From an uncultured Actinomycetota bacterium (GTDB lineage Bacteria > Actinomycetota > Acidimicrobiia > Acidimicrobiales > RAAP-2): DNA of 64,000 bases. The translations under genes and the position numbers were made by a program. Below the pieces are notes generated by a model that saw only the letters and a program-made list of their open reading frames with translations, did no database searches and was not told the origin of the DNA. The DNA lies in contig CAWHLQ010000020.1 of the NCBI GenBank assembly GCA_963830195.1, positions 782 through 64,781 on the forward strand, given 5' to 3'. This document shows, piece by piece, positions 20,238-28,851 of this stretch. Position 1 is the stretch's first letter. Each line of letters begins with the position of its first letter.

Positions 20238-20678
20238 CTATTTTCCGCCCGCATTCTTGTAACTCTCCGTTCCAGAGTCTCCGCTTTGCAGGTGGCCAGC
20301 CTCGTCGTTTGAGTAGTCATTGGTCGGGTCAAGTTTGGGCCCGTAGGACCGGATCATCCAAAGCGCGATCGGGCGACCGCCATCGGACCACCACTTCCAA
20401 CAATCCTTTCCGCCGCCTTTTGTTTGCAGGCACAGCTCGTTCGAGCTGACCGACCAAGTTCCCTTGACCGGCTTGCCCTGCGCCGCGCCTATCACACCAT
20501 GATCTGGGGCGAAATACATCGACGAATGAGCGAAGACCTTCGTCTTTCCCGAGTACAAATCTGTTACTTCTTGCGCAGTCATCGGATTCGCGGTCGATGG
20601 AAGCGTCTCACCATTTGCGCCTTGGGTTACAACGACCAAGGCCGCAACGATTGTCGTGCACATGAATTTCACAGACAT
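20238..20678 (-). CDS. DUF995-like secreted protein 1
   Basis: Signal peptide; PMTAQEVTDLYSGKT, YFAPD, GTWSV...ELC, DCWKWW. Confidence 0.7.
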   Translation of the reverse strand: MSVKFMCTTIVAALVVVTQGANGETLPSTANPMTAQEVTDLYSGKTKVFAHSSMYFAPDHGVIGAAQGKPVKGTWSVSSNELCLQTKGGGKDCWKWWSDGGRPIALWMIRSYGPKLDPTNDYSNDEAGHLQSGDSGTESYKNAGGK

Positions 20679-21003
20679 AGGCCATCCTCCCCCGACCTTC
20701 TGAGACCATAAAGAGTACTGTAATGCGGGATAAAGGAAAGAAGGAATTTAGTGTGTAACCATAGCAGGGCTGCGCCGTTCTTCTTACTTACAGACCCCCG
20801 CGGCGGTTATCTGAGAATGCGGGGGCTGCGTTTCGAGCCTGAAGAATCAAGCTTGGGCGTGAAATTCCGCGGCGCTTTGCCCAGTTGGGTTGTAGAGCGA
20901 CGGCCGCGTGGGGCGGAAACATCAGAACTGCACCAAGCGTTAAATTCGATCCACTAGCGCGGTTTCACAGAGTACCCGGTCACGACCTCGGATAGATGGC
21001 GAA

Positions 21004-21441
21004 TCACTTCGAGACGAGGTCGCCGCGATGAAATTCGATCTCCTTGAAATATCCGTGTGTCACATCGACGGCCGAATTATCGTTGTGTTTTGACCACAGA
21101 GTGACAAGTTTCTTTCCGTCAATCCACCATTTCCAACAATCTGTATACTGATTTGGTTTATCGCTGAACGCAACCGTTGCGCATAATTCGTTGCCGTTTA
21201 CGCTCCACGTGCCAGAAAACGGACTTGTCGGCTTTGGCTTTCCGTATAGACCTTTGACCGTCCCATCTGGCGAAAAATACATTTCGGAGGATTTCCAGAC
21301 GGCCGTCTTTCCAGAATAGATTTTGCTTATTGTATCGCTGCTCATTGGCGTTGCCGTACTCGCTAGTTCGTCAGCGCGAATAGTAGCAGATGAAAAGATT
21401 ATGATAATCGCGACGCACGAGAACTTACGAATTCTAATCAT
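21004..21441 (-). CDS. DUF995-like secreted protein 2
   Basis: Paralog of 20238-20678 (PMS...YSGKT, YFSPD, GTWSVNGNELC, DCWKWW); lower GC. Confidence 0.7.
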   Translation of the reverse strand: MIRIRKFSCVAIIIIFSSATIRADELASTATPMSSDTISKIYSGKTAVWKSSEMYFSPDGTVKGLYGKPKPTSPFSGTWSVNGNELCATVAFSDKPNQYTDCWKWWIDGKKLVTLWSKHNDNSAVDVTHGYFKEIEFHRGDLVSK

Positions 21442-21659
21442 GATATCCTCCCTCTCAACTTGATGAACTTGTCCAAGACTGTGGATGATCTGCGAAGCGG
21501 CGCCTATCTTGATACCACTTGACCCAGCATCGTCAGAGTTTTTAGTGCGCTGATCGGCGTTCTAAATACCAGCCTAATTGCAGTCAGCGGATTTGCCGCG
21601 GAGTCCGGGTCTGTCGCGACTTCAGTCCATTGTTTGGCTTCCGCCCGGAGCTATTGGCC

Positions 21660-22073
21660 CTACTGCCGCTTTTCTTTTGCAAGGACGACCTTGCTGCCAG
21701 AAACTTCATAAACGTCCGCTCCGTCCATGTAGACAAAGTTGCAGAATTCTTTTTTCGGATCAGGTTTGAAACACCACTGTTCTCCCTTTACCTCGACGAA
21801 GCCGCTAACATCACCCTTCTTATTGACCGCAGCGGCTTCCCAAGTACCCGTTTGTGTATGGTTTTTGAGATCGAAGGTGGCCGTGCCGCTCACTAAGTTC
21901 GGATGGGTGTAGCTTTCGAACGTCAAGGTTGCTCCATCGAACAACGCGGAAATCTCCGCACCGGTCAGTTTCTTCGCCGATGCTGGCAGCTTAGGGGCCG
22001 TCACCGCCGCGGCGACGGATATGCCAACCCCGAACAATGCCACGGATGCGATCGCAGTCTTCCACATCGTCAT
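21660..22073 (-). CDS. DUF995-like secreted protein 3 (more divergent)
   Basis: Signal peptide; KLTGAEISALFDG.T, VKGEQWC...C. Confidence 0.55.
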   Translation of the reverse strand: MTMWKTAIASVALFGVGISVAAAVTAPKLPASAKKLTGAEISALFDGATLTFESYTHPNLVSGTATFDLKNHTQTGTWEAAAVNKKGDVSGFVEVKGEQWCFKPDPKKEFCNFVYMDGADVYEVSGSKVVLAKEKRQ

Positions 22074-22351
22074 TTCTCCCGCTGCTAAGTCGACCTGTTT
22101 CGCCAACGGGACCGATCTTTTTGGACACCCGCCGGTCGGGAGCCGAGTGGGACGCATTCACAGTCGTGATCTCCACACGGGGTTCGCCGCCCATCGCAGA
22201 TTCACAGTTTCCGCCGGACCGTTAGGAGTTCGCCACGGGCCGGGTTTACGGCAACTTCAAACCGTCTTGCCAGATTGGCCGGGCACGCGAGCGCTGTCGT
22301 GCCCCAAGTGAGGTACGCCAATCGAATATCGCCGGCGGACGCGACAAATCT

Positions 22352-23472
22352 TCAGTCCGCCAGCGTCAGCCGAGCGACGAGTTTCGCCAATTGCGACTGA
22401 CGCTCCAGCCCGATCTTCGAATAGACGCGCTTGAGTAGCGTGCGCACTGTGCCTTCGGCGTTTTCCAGCTTCGCGGCGGCTTCGGTGGGCGAAAGTCCGC
22501 CGCCGATCAGTCTCGCCACGCGGGCCTCCGCGCGCGTCAAGCCAAACGCGAGCAGCGAAGACTCGCCTGTTGGCAGCGCCTCGTCCGGATCGGTCGCGAC
22601 GACGAGAGCGAGCCGCCTGTCGACCAGCGCGGCGAAATCCTTCTCCTGCTTGTGCATGCCTTGCAAGGGAATCACCTGGACAAGTAGCGGCCGAACCAAC
22701 GACCGTCGAAGAGCAATGCTGTTGCTTAAGGAGGGCGCGCGCGGCGGTTCGAACGCGCCAGCGAGCATGCGTTCGAGCCTTGGCTGTTGGACGGGATGTT
22801 CGGCGACAAGCCGGCGATTGACGATCCGCAATCCGCGCTGACCGAGGTTTTCGAAACGCTGGTTGGCGAAGACGATTCTTTGCCTGGCGTCGACGATGGC
22901 CAGTCCGATCGTGAGGCTCTGCATCGTTGCGATCAAACCCGATCGCAGCGGACTGCTTTCAGCCAGATGCGCCGCGATCCGGACGGCTCTCGCGACATGT
23001 CGGCACAACAAATCGCAGCGCGAACGCTCCACGTCGGACAACCGCGCCTTGCCATAGTCGAGTTGAAAGGAGATCGCGATCGACGACGGCAGGTTCGCTT
23101 CGACGATGTAGCAGATCAAGCCTTCCATGCCATGGGGGCGCCGAAATTCTTGAAAGTAAGGGAGTCGGTCAATTGCTTGTTGGCTTAAGAAATCGAGCTG
23201 TGTGATCGCGCCGTGCGCCGTCCGCTCCACGATCGGCTTTCGCATGAAGTCATACTGACCCCACACGGAAGCATAGGGTCCTAGAGCATCGACGATGTCG
23301 CGCGAAGCCGAAGCGAAGAGCGCCGTCGGCGCCGCGCCCGGCAACAGCAGTCCCCCCTTGGCGTTCACGAGCGGGAAATACGGTGCAGCACGTCCGGCCA
23401 AAGGCCGAAATCGAATGGAGCCTCGTAGATGAGGTCGACCAGCTCGTTAAAGTCGGCCTCATCGAATGACAT
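22352..23472 (-). CDS. LuxR/CsgD-type HTH regulator with PAS-like domain (frameshift near 23370)
   Basis: N-terminal LVDLIYEA..D..LWPDVL; C-terminal FGLTRAEARVA..I.GGLS..EAA..L....TVRT.LKRVY.K.G..RQSQL. Confidence 0.8.
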
Positions 23473-23587
23473 GGAACTTCCTTTGAGAGTTCCCGTCGTA
23501 GCGGCGCTGTAAGATGGCCTATTTGTAGACGCTTGACAAATTGTTGCCCCCAAGATGCGCGCCAATTGGGTAACGGCGCGAAGTTGC

Positions 23588-23640
23588 GAATGTCCACTTC
23601 GACCTTTCGTTCGCCGGAAACTGCCGCCCCTCCCGGCCAG
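23588..23640 (+). repeat. Dispersed repeat, 5' half only
   Basis: GAATGTCCACTTCGACCTTTCGTTCGCCGGAAACTGCCGCCCCTCCCGGCCAG. Confidence 0.55.
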
Positions 23641-23770
23641 TTCCTGTCATCGGGTGATCTGCCTTCAACATTGTCAGATAGTGAGGCGTCGCGCTTCGTA
23701 TGCGACGCCTCTTCAATTGTCGTGACATCGACAAGCGCCCTGTGCCCTTCAGTGCCTCAGCAGTTTGAAG

Positions 23771-24064
23771 CTAGGCGACGTGCTCCAGGATTTTCTCCAT
23801 CTCTTTCGTCGTGAAGGCGCGCAACGTCTGGACGTGGACATTGCCGGCCTTTGCCGTGTTCAAAGCGAACGCTGCGGCGGCCAGTTCGTCAGGCGCTTCC
23901 GAGATCGTGACCAAGTCGTATTGCCCTTGTGTCCAGACGACTTCCTTAATCGTTATCCCGGCCGCACCGGCAGCTTTCTTGGCGGCTTCCACCCGCTTGA
24001 CCGTATCCTTGATGGTTTTCAGACCTTGGTCGGTGAATGTGAAAAGCGTCACATAAGTGGCCAT
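23771..24064 (-). CDS. GYD domain protein
   Basis: MATYVTLFTFTDQG, WTQGQYDLV and GNVHVQTLRAF. Confidence 0.9.
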   Translation of the reverse strand: MATYVTLFTFTDQGLKTIKDTVKRVEAAKKAAGAAGITIKEVVWTQGQYDLVTISEAPDELAAAAFALNTAKAGNVHVQTLRAFTTKEMEKILEHVA

Positions 24065-24234
24065 TGTGTTTCCTCCCGTCGTGGAGAGTTATTGTCAGAA
24101 ACGCCGCCCAGTCTCCACAATGGGCGCGCGTTCGCCATTTAGCGCGCCTACTGCGACAACATGTCAAATATCGCCGCGCGCACTTTCTGGAAGTGCGTGC
24201 TCGGGACGGCAGCACGCGCTCGCCTATCGACGAC

Positions 24235-24335
24235 GAATGTCAGCTTCGGCGCCTCGTTCATCCGGAACCCGCCATTCCGCCGTCGGCCAGGATTTGGCAT
24301 TCGCTGCCGACGGCTTTGCGCCCATTGCAGCCGGT
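24235..24335 (+). repeat. Dispersed ~100-bp repeat copy
   Basis: GAATGTCAGCTTCGG...CGGCCAG...GACGGCTTTGCGCCCATTGCAGCC. Confidence 0.6.
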
Positions 24336-24567
24336 CCAGTTCTTTGGTGAAGTTCTCCAAACCGGACGTCGTTCGCAAGAAGCAAACGGGTCGCTCATCA
24401 ACCGTTCTTTTGCGCTGCGGCGGTTCCGAGGAGACGCACGTGCGCTTCGTGACCAGTCGACTTTGGCCAATTCATCCCGATTGCGCGCGCCGAGATCGGC
24501 CTGATGACGCGGCTGATCCTCGAGCATGCGCGGGCGACGGCGACGCCGACAACGGCTGGGGTCGGCC

Positions 24568-24837
24568 GTGATCGCTGACAAGATCGGCCCTCATCATTTG
24601 GAGCGCAAGGCGATCCTCTATGTGCGCCAGTCCTCGACCCACCAGGTGCTGCACAACCGCGAGAGCGGCGCGCTGCAATACGCCATGCGGGGCCGGCTGA
24701 CGGCGCTGGGCTTCACTGAGATCGAGGTAATCGACGAGGACCTTGGCCGTTCGGCGGCCGGCGGCGTGCAGCGCGTCGGCTTCGAGCGGATGGTGGCCGA
24801 GGTCTGCTCGACTACGAAGTTGAGCTTAACGCACTAG
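24568..24837 (+). pseudogene. Large serine recombinase, N-terminal fragment
   Basis: KI...HL.RKAILYVRQS, RES..LQY, IDEDLGRS and R.GFERMVAEVC, then truncated. Confidence 0.85.
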
Positions 24838-24902
24838 CGAAGGAACCGAAGGCGGTTCGCGCCGACCTAATCAAGCAACCCAGGGACGGCGAGAGGTCAG
24901 CG

Positions 24903-25109
24903 CTAGGTCATCGCAGTCGGCGGCTCATCGACCTTGGGAATGAGAGTGCTTGCCTCTCCTTCGAACGCCTCAGTCTCGAATTCCAAATCCCCGTATTCGA
25001 ATTCATTCTCAGCGGCGAACCAAAATTCATCGCTTCGGCCTTCTGGGGCGCCGGCCAGTTGCCACAGCTCATACGCTCGCACGCGGACATGCTCCTCAAT
25101 GCCGCTCAT
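24903..25109 (-). CDS. DUF2934 domain protein
   Basis: VRVRAYELWQLAGAPEGRSDEFWFAAE. Confidence 0.85.
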   Translation of the reverse strand: MSGIEEHVRVRAYELWQLAGAPEGRSDEFWFAAENEFEYGDLEFETEAFEGEASTLIPKVDEPPTAMT

Positions 25110-25542
25110 TTTCGTCTCCTTGGAAAAACGCTGGCTGAATGCGCCGCTTGGACTCGATGTCGGTCGATCTGGCGAAAACTATGAGAAAAAGAGCGGTCGC
25201 TTTGGGTTTGGGGGGCCGCTGCGACCGCCAGTCCTTCAAGCACCGGTCAAGCAGGGGGACAAAGAGACGGGCGCTCGATGCGATTACGAATGCGGTAACC
25301 CGGGCTCGCGTGAAAGGATCGGAATCTACTTATTAGTCAGTCGTCCCCGGGTCCGAACACCGATAGGCGTCGTAACGCTCTGAGACGATTGGTCATCACA
25401 GGGTCAGATCCCGGAGCTGACTTGCACCGGATGCCGGACAGATCAGAAGAAAGCTAACGCGCCGGCACAAAGTCGTGACACAAATTCCCTGCGATATTGC
25501 GTCGTAACAGCGGGTCGACGCGGTGCGCGCGTGCGGGCTTTC

Positions 25543-26877
25543 TTAGAGTGTCTTGGCGTTCTGGTCGCTCGGCGCCGGCTGTTGGGTCAGCGTGTCGAAG
25601 CTGATCTTTTGCGCGTCGCTCAGCGAAGCATAGAAGTCGTTCAGTGGCGGCCTGACGAGATCGACGCCGTTCGACATCGCCTGTAGCCGCGCTTTGACCG
25701 CGTCGAGCCGCCCATCGGGCGTCAGCGGCGCCGACTTGGGGCAGGACGCGAGGATCGCGTCGTCGGCCTTGCCAGCGGCGGCGGTCAGCGCGGCGAGCGA
25801 GGTGCGTTGCGCCGCGTTGGGTTGCACGGCGCTATCGATCTTGTCGATGGCGATGATCGGGACGGCGTTCTGCGGGCCGCACAATTGCCCGAGATCCGTC
25901 GCGGGGGCGGCGTTCGTCGGCGCTGCGTTCTGGCCGAGCGCGTTGAAAGCAGCCTTCTGCTCGTCGGTCAGGGAGGTGTAGAAGGCGTCGAGGGGGCCGC
26001 CGACGGCCGCGGCGGCCGTGATCATCGCTTGCAGCCGCGTCTGCACGGCGTCGAGCCGTCCGACCGCCGTCGTCGGCGTCACGGTGGCACAGGAAGCGGC
26101 GAGCGCCTTTCCTGCGTCGGCTTCGGCGCTCTTCAGCGTCTCGAGCTTGGCGCTCTGGTCTGCATCGGGCAGGACCGCCTTGGCGATCGGGTCGATCGCG
26201 GCGCCGCCGGCGAGCGATTGCGCCGAGCCGCACAATTGCGACGTCGATTGGAGCGGAGGCGCGCCAGCGGACGGCGCCGCGCCCGACTGTGGCGCCGGCG
26301 CCGAATAGGATTGGGCCGGGGCGTTGCCGCCTTCGAGCAGAGCGTAGGCGTAAGGCAGCAGGATGCCGGCGAATAGGTCGTCGTAACCGTACGACCAGAA
26401 TAGGCCATTGTAGGGTCCGTAAGGCGAGAACGCATAATCGAACTCGTCGTCATAGGCGTAAGGCCAGAATACCGGGCCGCCCCAGCCGACATAGCCGCGA
26501 TGATAGCCCTGCCAACCATATGCGCCATGGCGATAGGCCTGTCCCGCTGCGAAATGCGACGCTGCGCCGGGGTGGTCGAAAGCGACGGTGTGCGCCGCTG
26601 AATGTCCCGGGAGGCCGCCGAAGGAGCGCCCGAGCGCGAACCGCCCGACGCCAGCGCGGCCGGCGAAGCCGCCCGAGCGGAAGGATCGCGTTCCGGCGAA
26701 GCTGCGTCCGCTGAAGCCGCGCCCGCCGACACTGTGCGACGCGGAATGCATGGCATGTCCGCCTCCTCCTCCGTGCAGTCGGATGGGTTCCGCGGCGGCG
26801 AAATTAACGGCGAGACTCGCGCTGGCAACGATGGCCGCAGCGGAGACGACGGCGAGTTTGCTCAACATGGCATCCAT
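25543..26877 (-). CDS. Spy/CpxP-like (LTXXQ motif) secreted protein
   Basis: Signal peptide, Gly/Arg-rich region, GPVFWPYAYDD; two units of C....P.T..GRLDA...RL.AM...FY.SL.D.QK. Confidence 0.8.
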   Translation of the reverse strand: MDAMLSKLAVVSAAAIVASASLAVNFAAAEPIRLHGGGGGHAMHSASHSVGGRGFSGRSFAGTRSFRSGGFAGRAGVGRFALGRSFGGLPGHSAAHTVAFDHPGAASHFAAGQAYRHGAYGWQGYHRGYVGWGGPVFWPYAYDDEFDYAFSPYGPYNGLFWSYGYDDLFAGILLPYAYALLEGGNAPAQSYSAPAPQSGAAPSAGAPPLQSTSQLCGSAQSLAGGAAIDPIAKAVLPDADQSAKLETLKSAEADAGKALAASCATVTPTTAVGRLDAVQTRLQAMITAAAAVGGPLDAFYTSLTDEQKAAFNALGQNAAPTNAAPATDLGQLCGPQNAVPIIAIDKIDSAVQPNAAQRTSLAALTAAAGKADDAILASCPKSAPLTPDGRLDAVKARLQAMSNGVDLVRPPLNDFYASLSDAQKISFDTLTQQPAPSDQNAKTL

Positions 26878-27294
26878 CCTTCCTGATGGCGAATGCGAAG
26901 CGAAGGGCGAGGGCTTAAGCAGGCCCTCATGACGCGGATCGCTCGGTATTGCCGCAGGCTGGGTAATTTCAATCGTCGCGCCCCGACGCGATAGGATCGG
27001 AATCTACTTAGCCGGCATCTCCCCGATGGCCACCAGCTTCACCGTAGGAAAGGGCTCGCACGCGGAGTGCCTTAGCGGCTCCGGAGGCGTTTGGCCCCAC
27101 CGTAAACAGGCGAGAAGTCCGCGCGCTAAACTTCTGGCGAGGTCGGCTTGAACGGGGTCAGCGCAAAGACCCCGCTTCACCCGACTTCAATAGGGTCCCA
27201 GTTCGCGTCTTGCAGGACCCCTCATTGAACGCAAGACTGAGGCGTGTCGCCCGTTGAATGGCTAGTATCGCGCCTCGTCCCGATCGTGGCTCCA

Positions 27295-27575
27295 ATGCTC
27301 CTCAATGGGGACAACATCTGCGTCACGGCAGGCGCAGCGAGCGCCTCCTTGTTCGGATTGCTCTTTATCATGGTCACACGCGGCGCCGGCTTCTCTAGTT
27401 CGGCCGCAATAACTGGCGCGCACGTTTTCTTGGCTCCCACGCCGGTTCACTTTGGCAGCGTGCCGTTGCTATCGTTGGGTGTGCTTGCGCCGTCGGCGTC
27501 GCCGCAGCGCGCGGTAGTTGTTCTTTGCATATGCGGTTTGAGCGACAGGTCGACAGCCGCCGCGACGCTATGCAG
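27295..27575 (+). pseudogene. Membrane protein remnant
   Basis: AGAASASLFGLLFI...FL.PT.VHFG.V; cut off where the dispersed repeat begins. Confidence 0.45.
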
Positions 27576-27579
27576 GAGT

Positions 27580-27680
27580 GGACGTCCGCTTCGACATTTT
27601 GATTGCCCAAAGCGGACAGTCCGTTCACGGCCAGATCACGCCAATAGCTACCCGACGGAATCGCGCCCAATATTGCTATT
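27580..27680 (+). repeat. Dispersed ~100-bp repeat copy
   Basis: GGACGTCCGCTTCGACATTTTGATTGCCCAAAGCGGACAGTCCGTTCACGGCCAG...GACGGAATCGCGCCCAAT. Confidence 0.6.
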
Positions 27681-27848
27681 CAGCCGAGGATCGCCGCGCC
27701 TCCGAACCGGACGTCGAGACGTCGGACGGAGTTGGCTGCGGCAGCCCTCGAACTGCGTTCCGATCGACGACTGTCTCTCTAAGTCGCCTTGTGCGGGCGT
27801 GGCTCTATCAATAGAATTTACTCGACCTATGCACCCTCTGCGGCCGTG

Positions 27849-28479
27849 ATGAGCGATACCCCGGAAACTTTCAGGCGGTTTATCGACGTTATTGCGTCGG
27901 GCATGAGTTATGACGCTCTAGACCTGCTGACGGCCAAGCCTTTTTTTGGCGAGGACGGCAGCTACGCGCGGAGCCCTTCGGCTTGACGCCAAGCGGAATT
28001 TTTTCCCTCAGATCAAGCACTATATCTATGAAGGCGATACGGCTCTGCATATTGCGGCGGCGGCTAATGACACACTGATTGTCAAAGGGCTACTTGATCG
28101 GGGCGCAGATGTCCGCGCCCGAAACAGACGCGGCGCTCAACCGCTTCACTACGCCGTCGCTGGTGGTCCGGGCAGCCCAACATGGAATCCTGACGCGCAA
28201 TCGAAGATCATCGCCTTGCTTATTGAAGCTGGCGCAGACCCCAACGCCACAGACAAGAGCGGGGTGGGACCTCTGCATCGCGCCATTCGCAACCGGTGCG
28301 CCGATGCCGTTAAGGCGCTTGTTCACAGCGGCGCTAATCTTCGAGCCCCAAATGGGAGCGGATCGACGCCGTTATTGCTGGCGACGCTAAACACAGGCAA
28401 GAGCGGTTCGGGATCTGTCGCCGCGAAATCGCAACAGCAAGAGATATTGCGATTCATCGCCGAAAATGGCGTTGTCTAA
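27849..28479 (+). CDS. Ankyrin repeat protein (frameshift at a T homopolymer near 27945)
   Basis: GDTALHIAA, GAQPLHYA, GVGPLHRAI and GSTPLLLA. Confidence 0.85.
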
Positions 28480-28592
28480 ACCGCTTGACCGATCACGAGC
28501 TAAGCCGTTCTCGAATGGCGCAAAGTTCTTGATATTTTCAACGCGAGCAATTTAGCGGAGTGACCGGCGTTGCCATTTCGCAAGGCTGTCGC

Positions 28593-28691
28593 GAATGTCA
28601 GTCTCGATATTCGAATCGCCCGAACCGGTCAGCGGGTTCCGGCCAAAGCCCCGCGTTCGCGTTCGGCCGCATCGCGCCCAACTCAGCCATT
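28593..28691 (+). repeat. Dispersed ~100-bp repeat copy
   Basis: GAATGTCAGTCTCGATATTCGAATCGCCCGAACCGGTCAGCGGGTTCCGGCCAA...GGCCGCATCGCGCCCAACTCAGCC. Confidence 0.6.
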
Positions 28692-28851
28692 CAGCCGATT
28701 GGCGCGGCGCCTCGGCAGCGGACATTGGGGGCGGGATCTGCGGCCAACTCGCGGCGCTGATTGACAACTAGATCAAAGTCTTGAGGTCCGGGTCGCACCA
28801 AACGATATCAGCTGTCGTCTTCATCGTCCGCGAGCTCCCGAGGCGACCTCT

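Noticed and set aside
28785-28800. Second att/tRNA end (GGTCCGGGTCGCACCA)
   Set aside because: No T-loop, no match to the 5921-5946 sequence, and opposite orientation.
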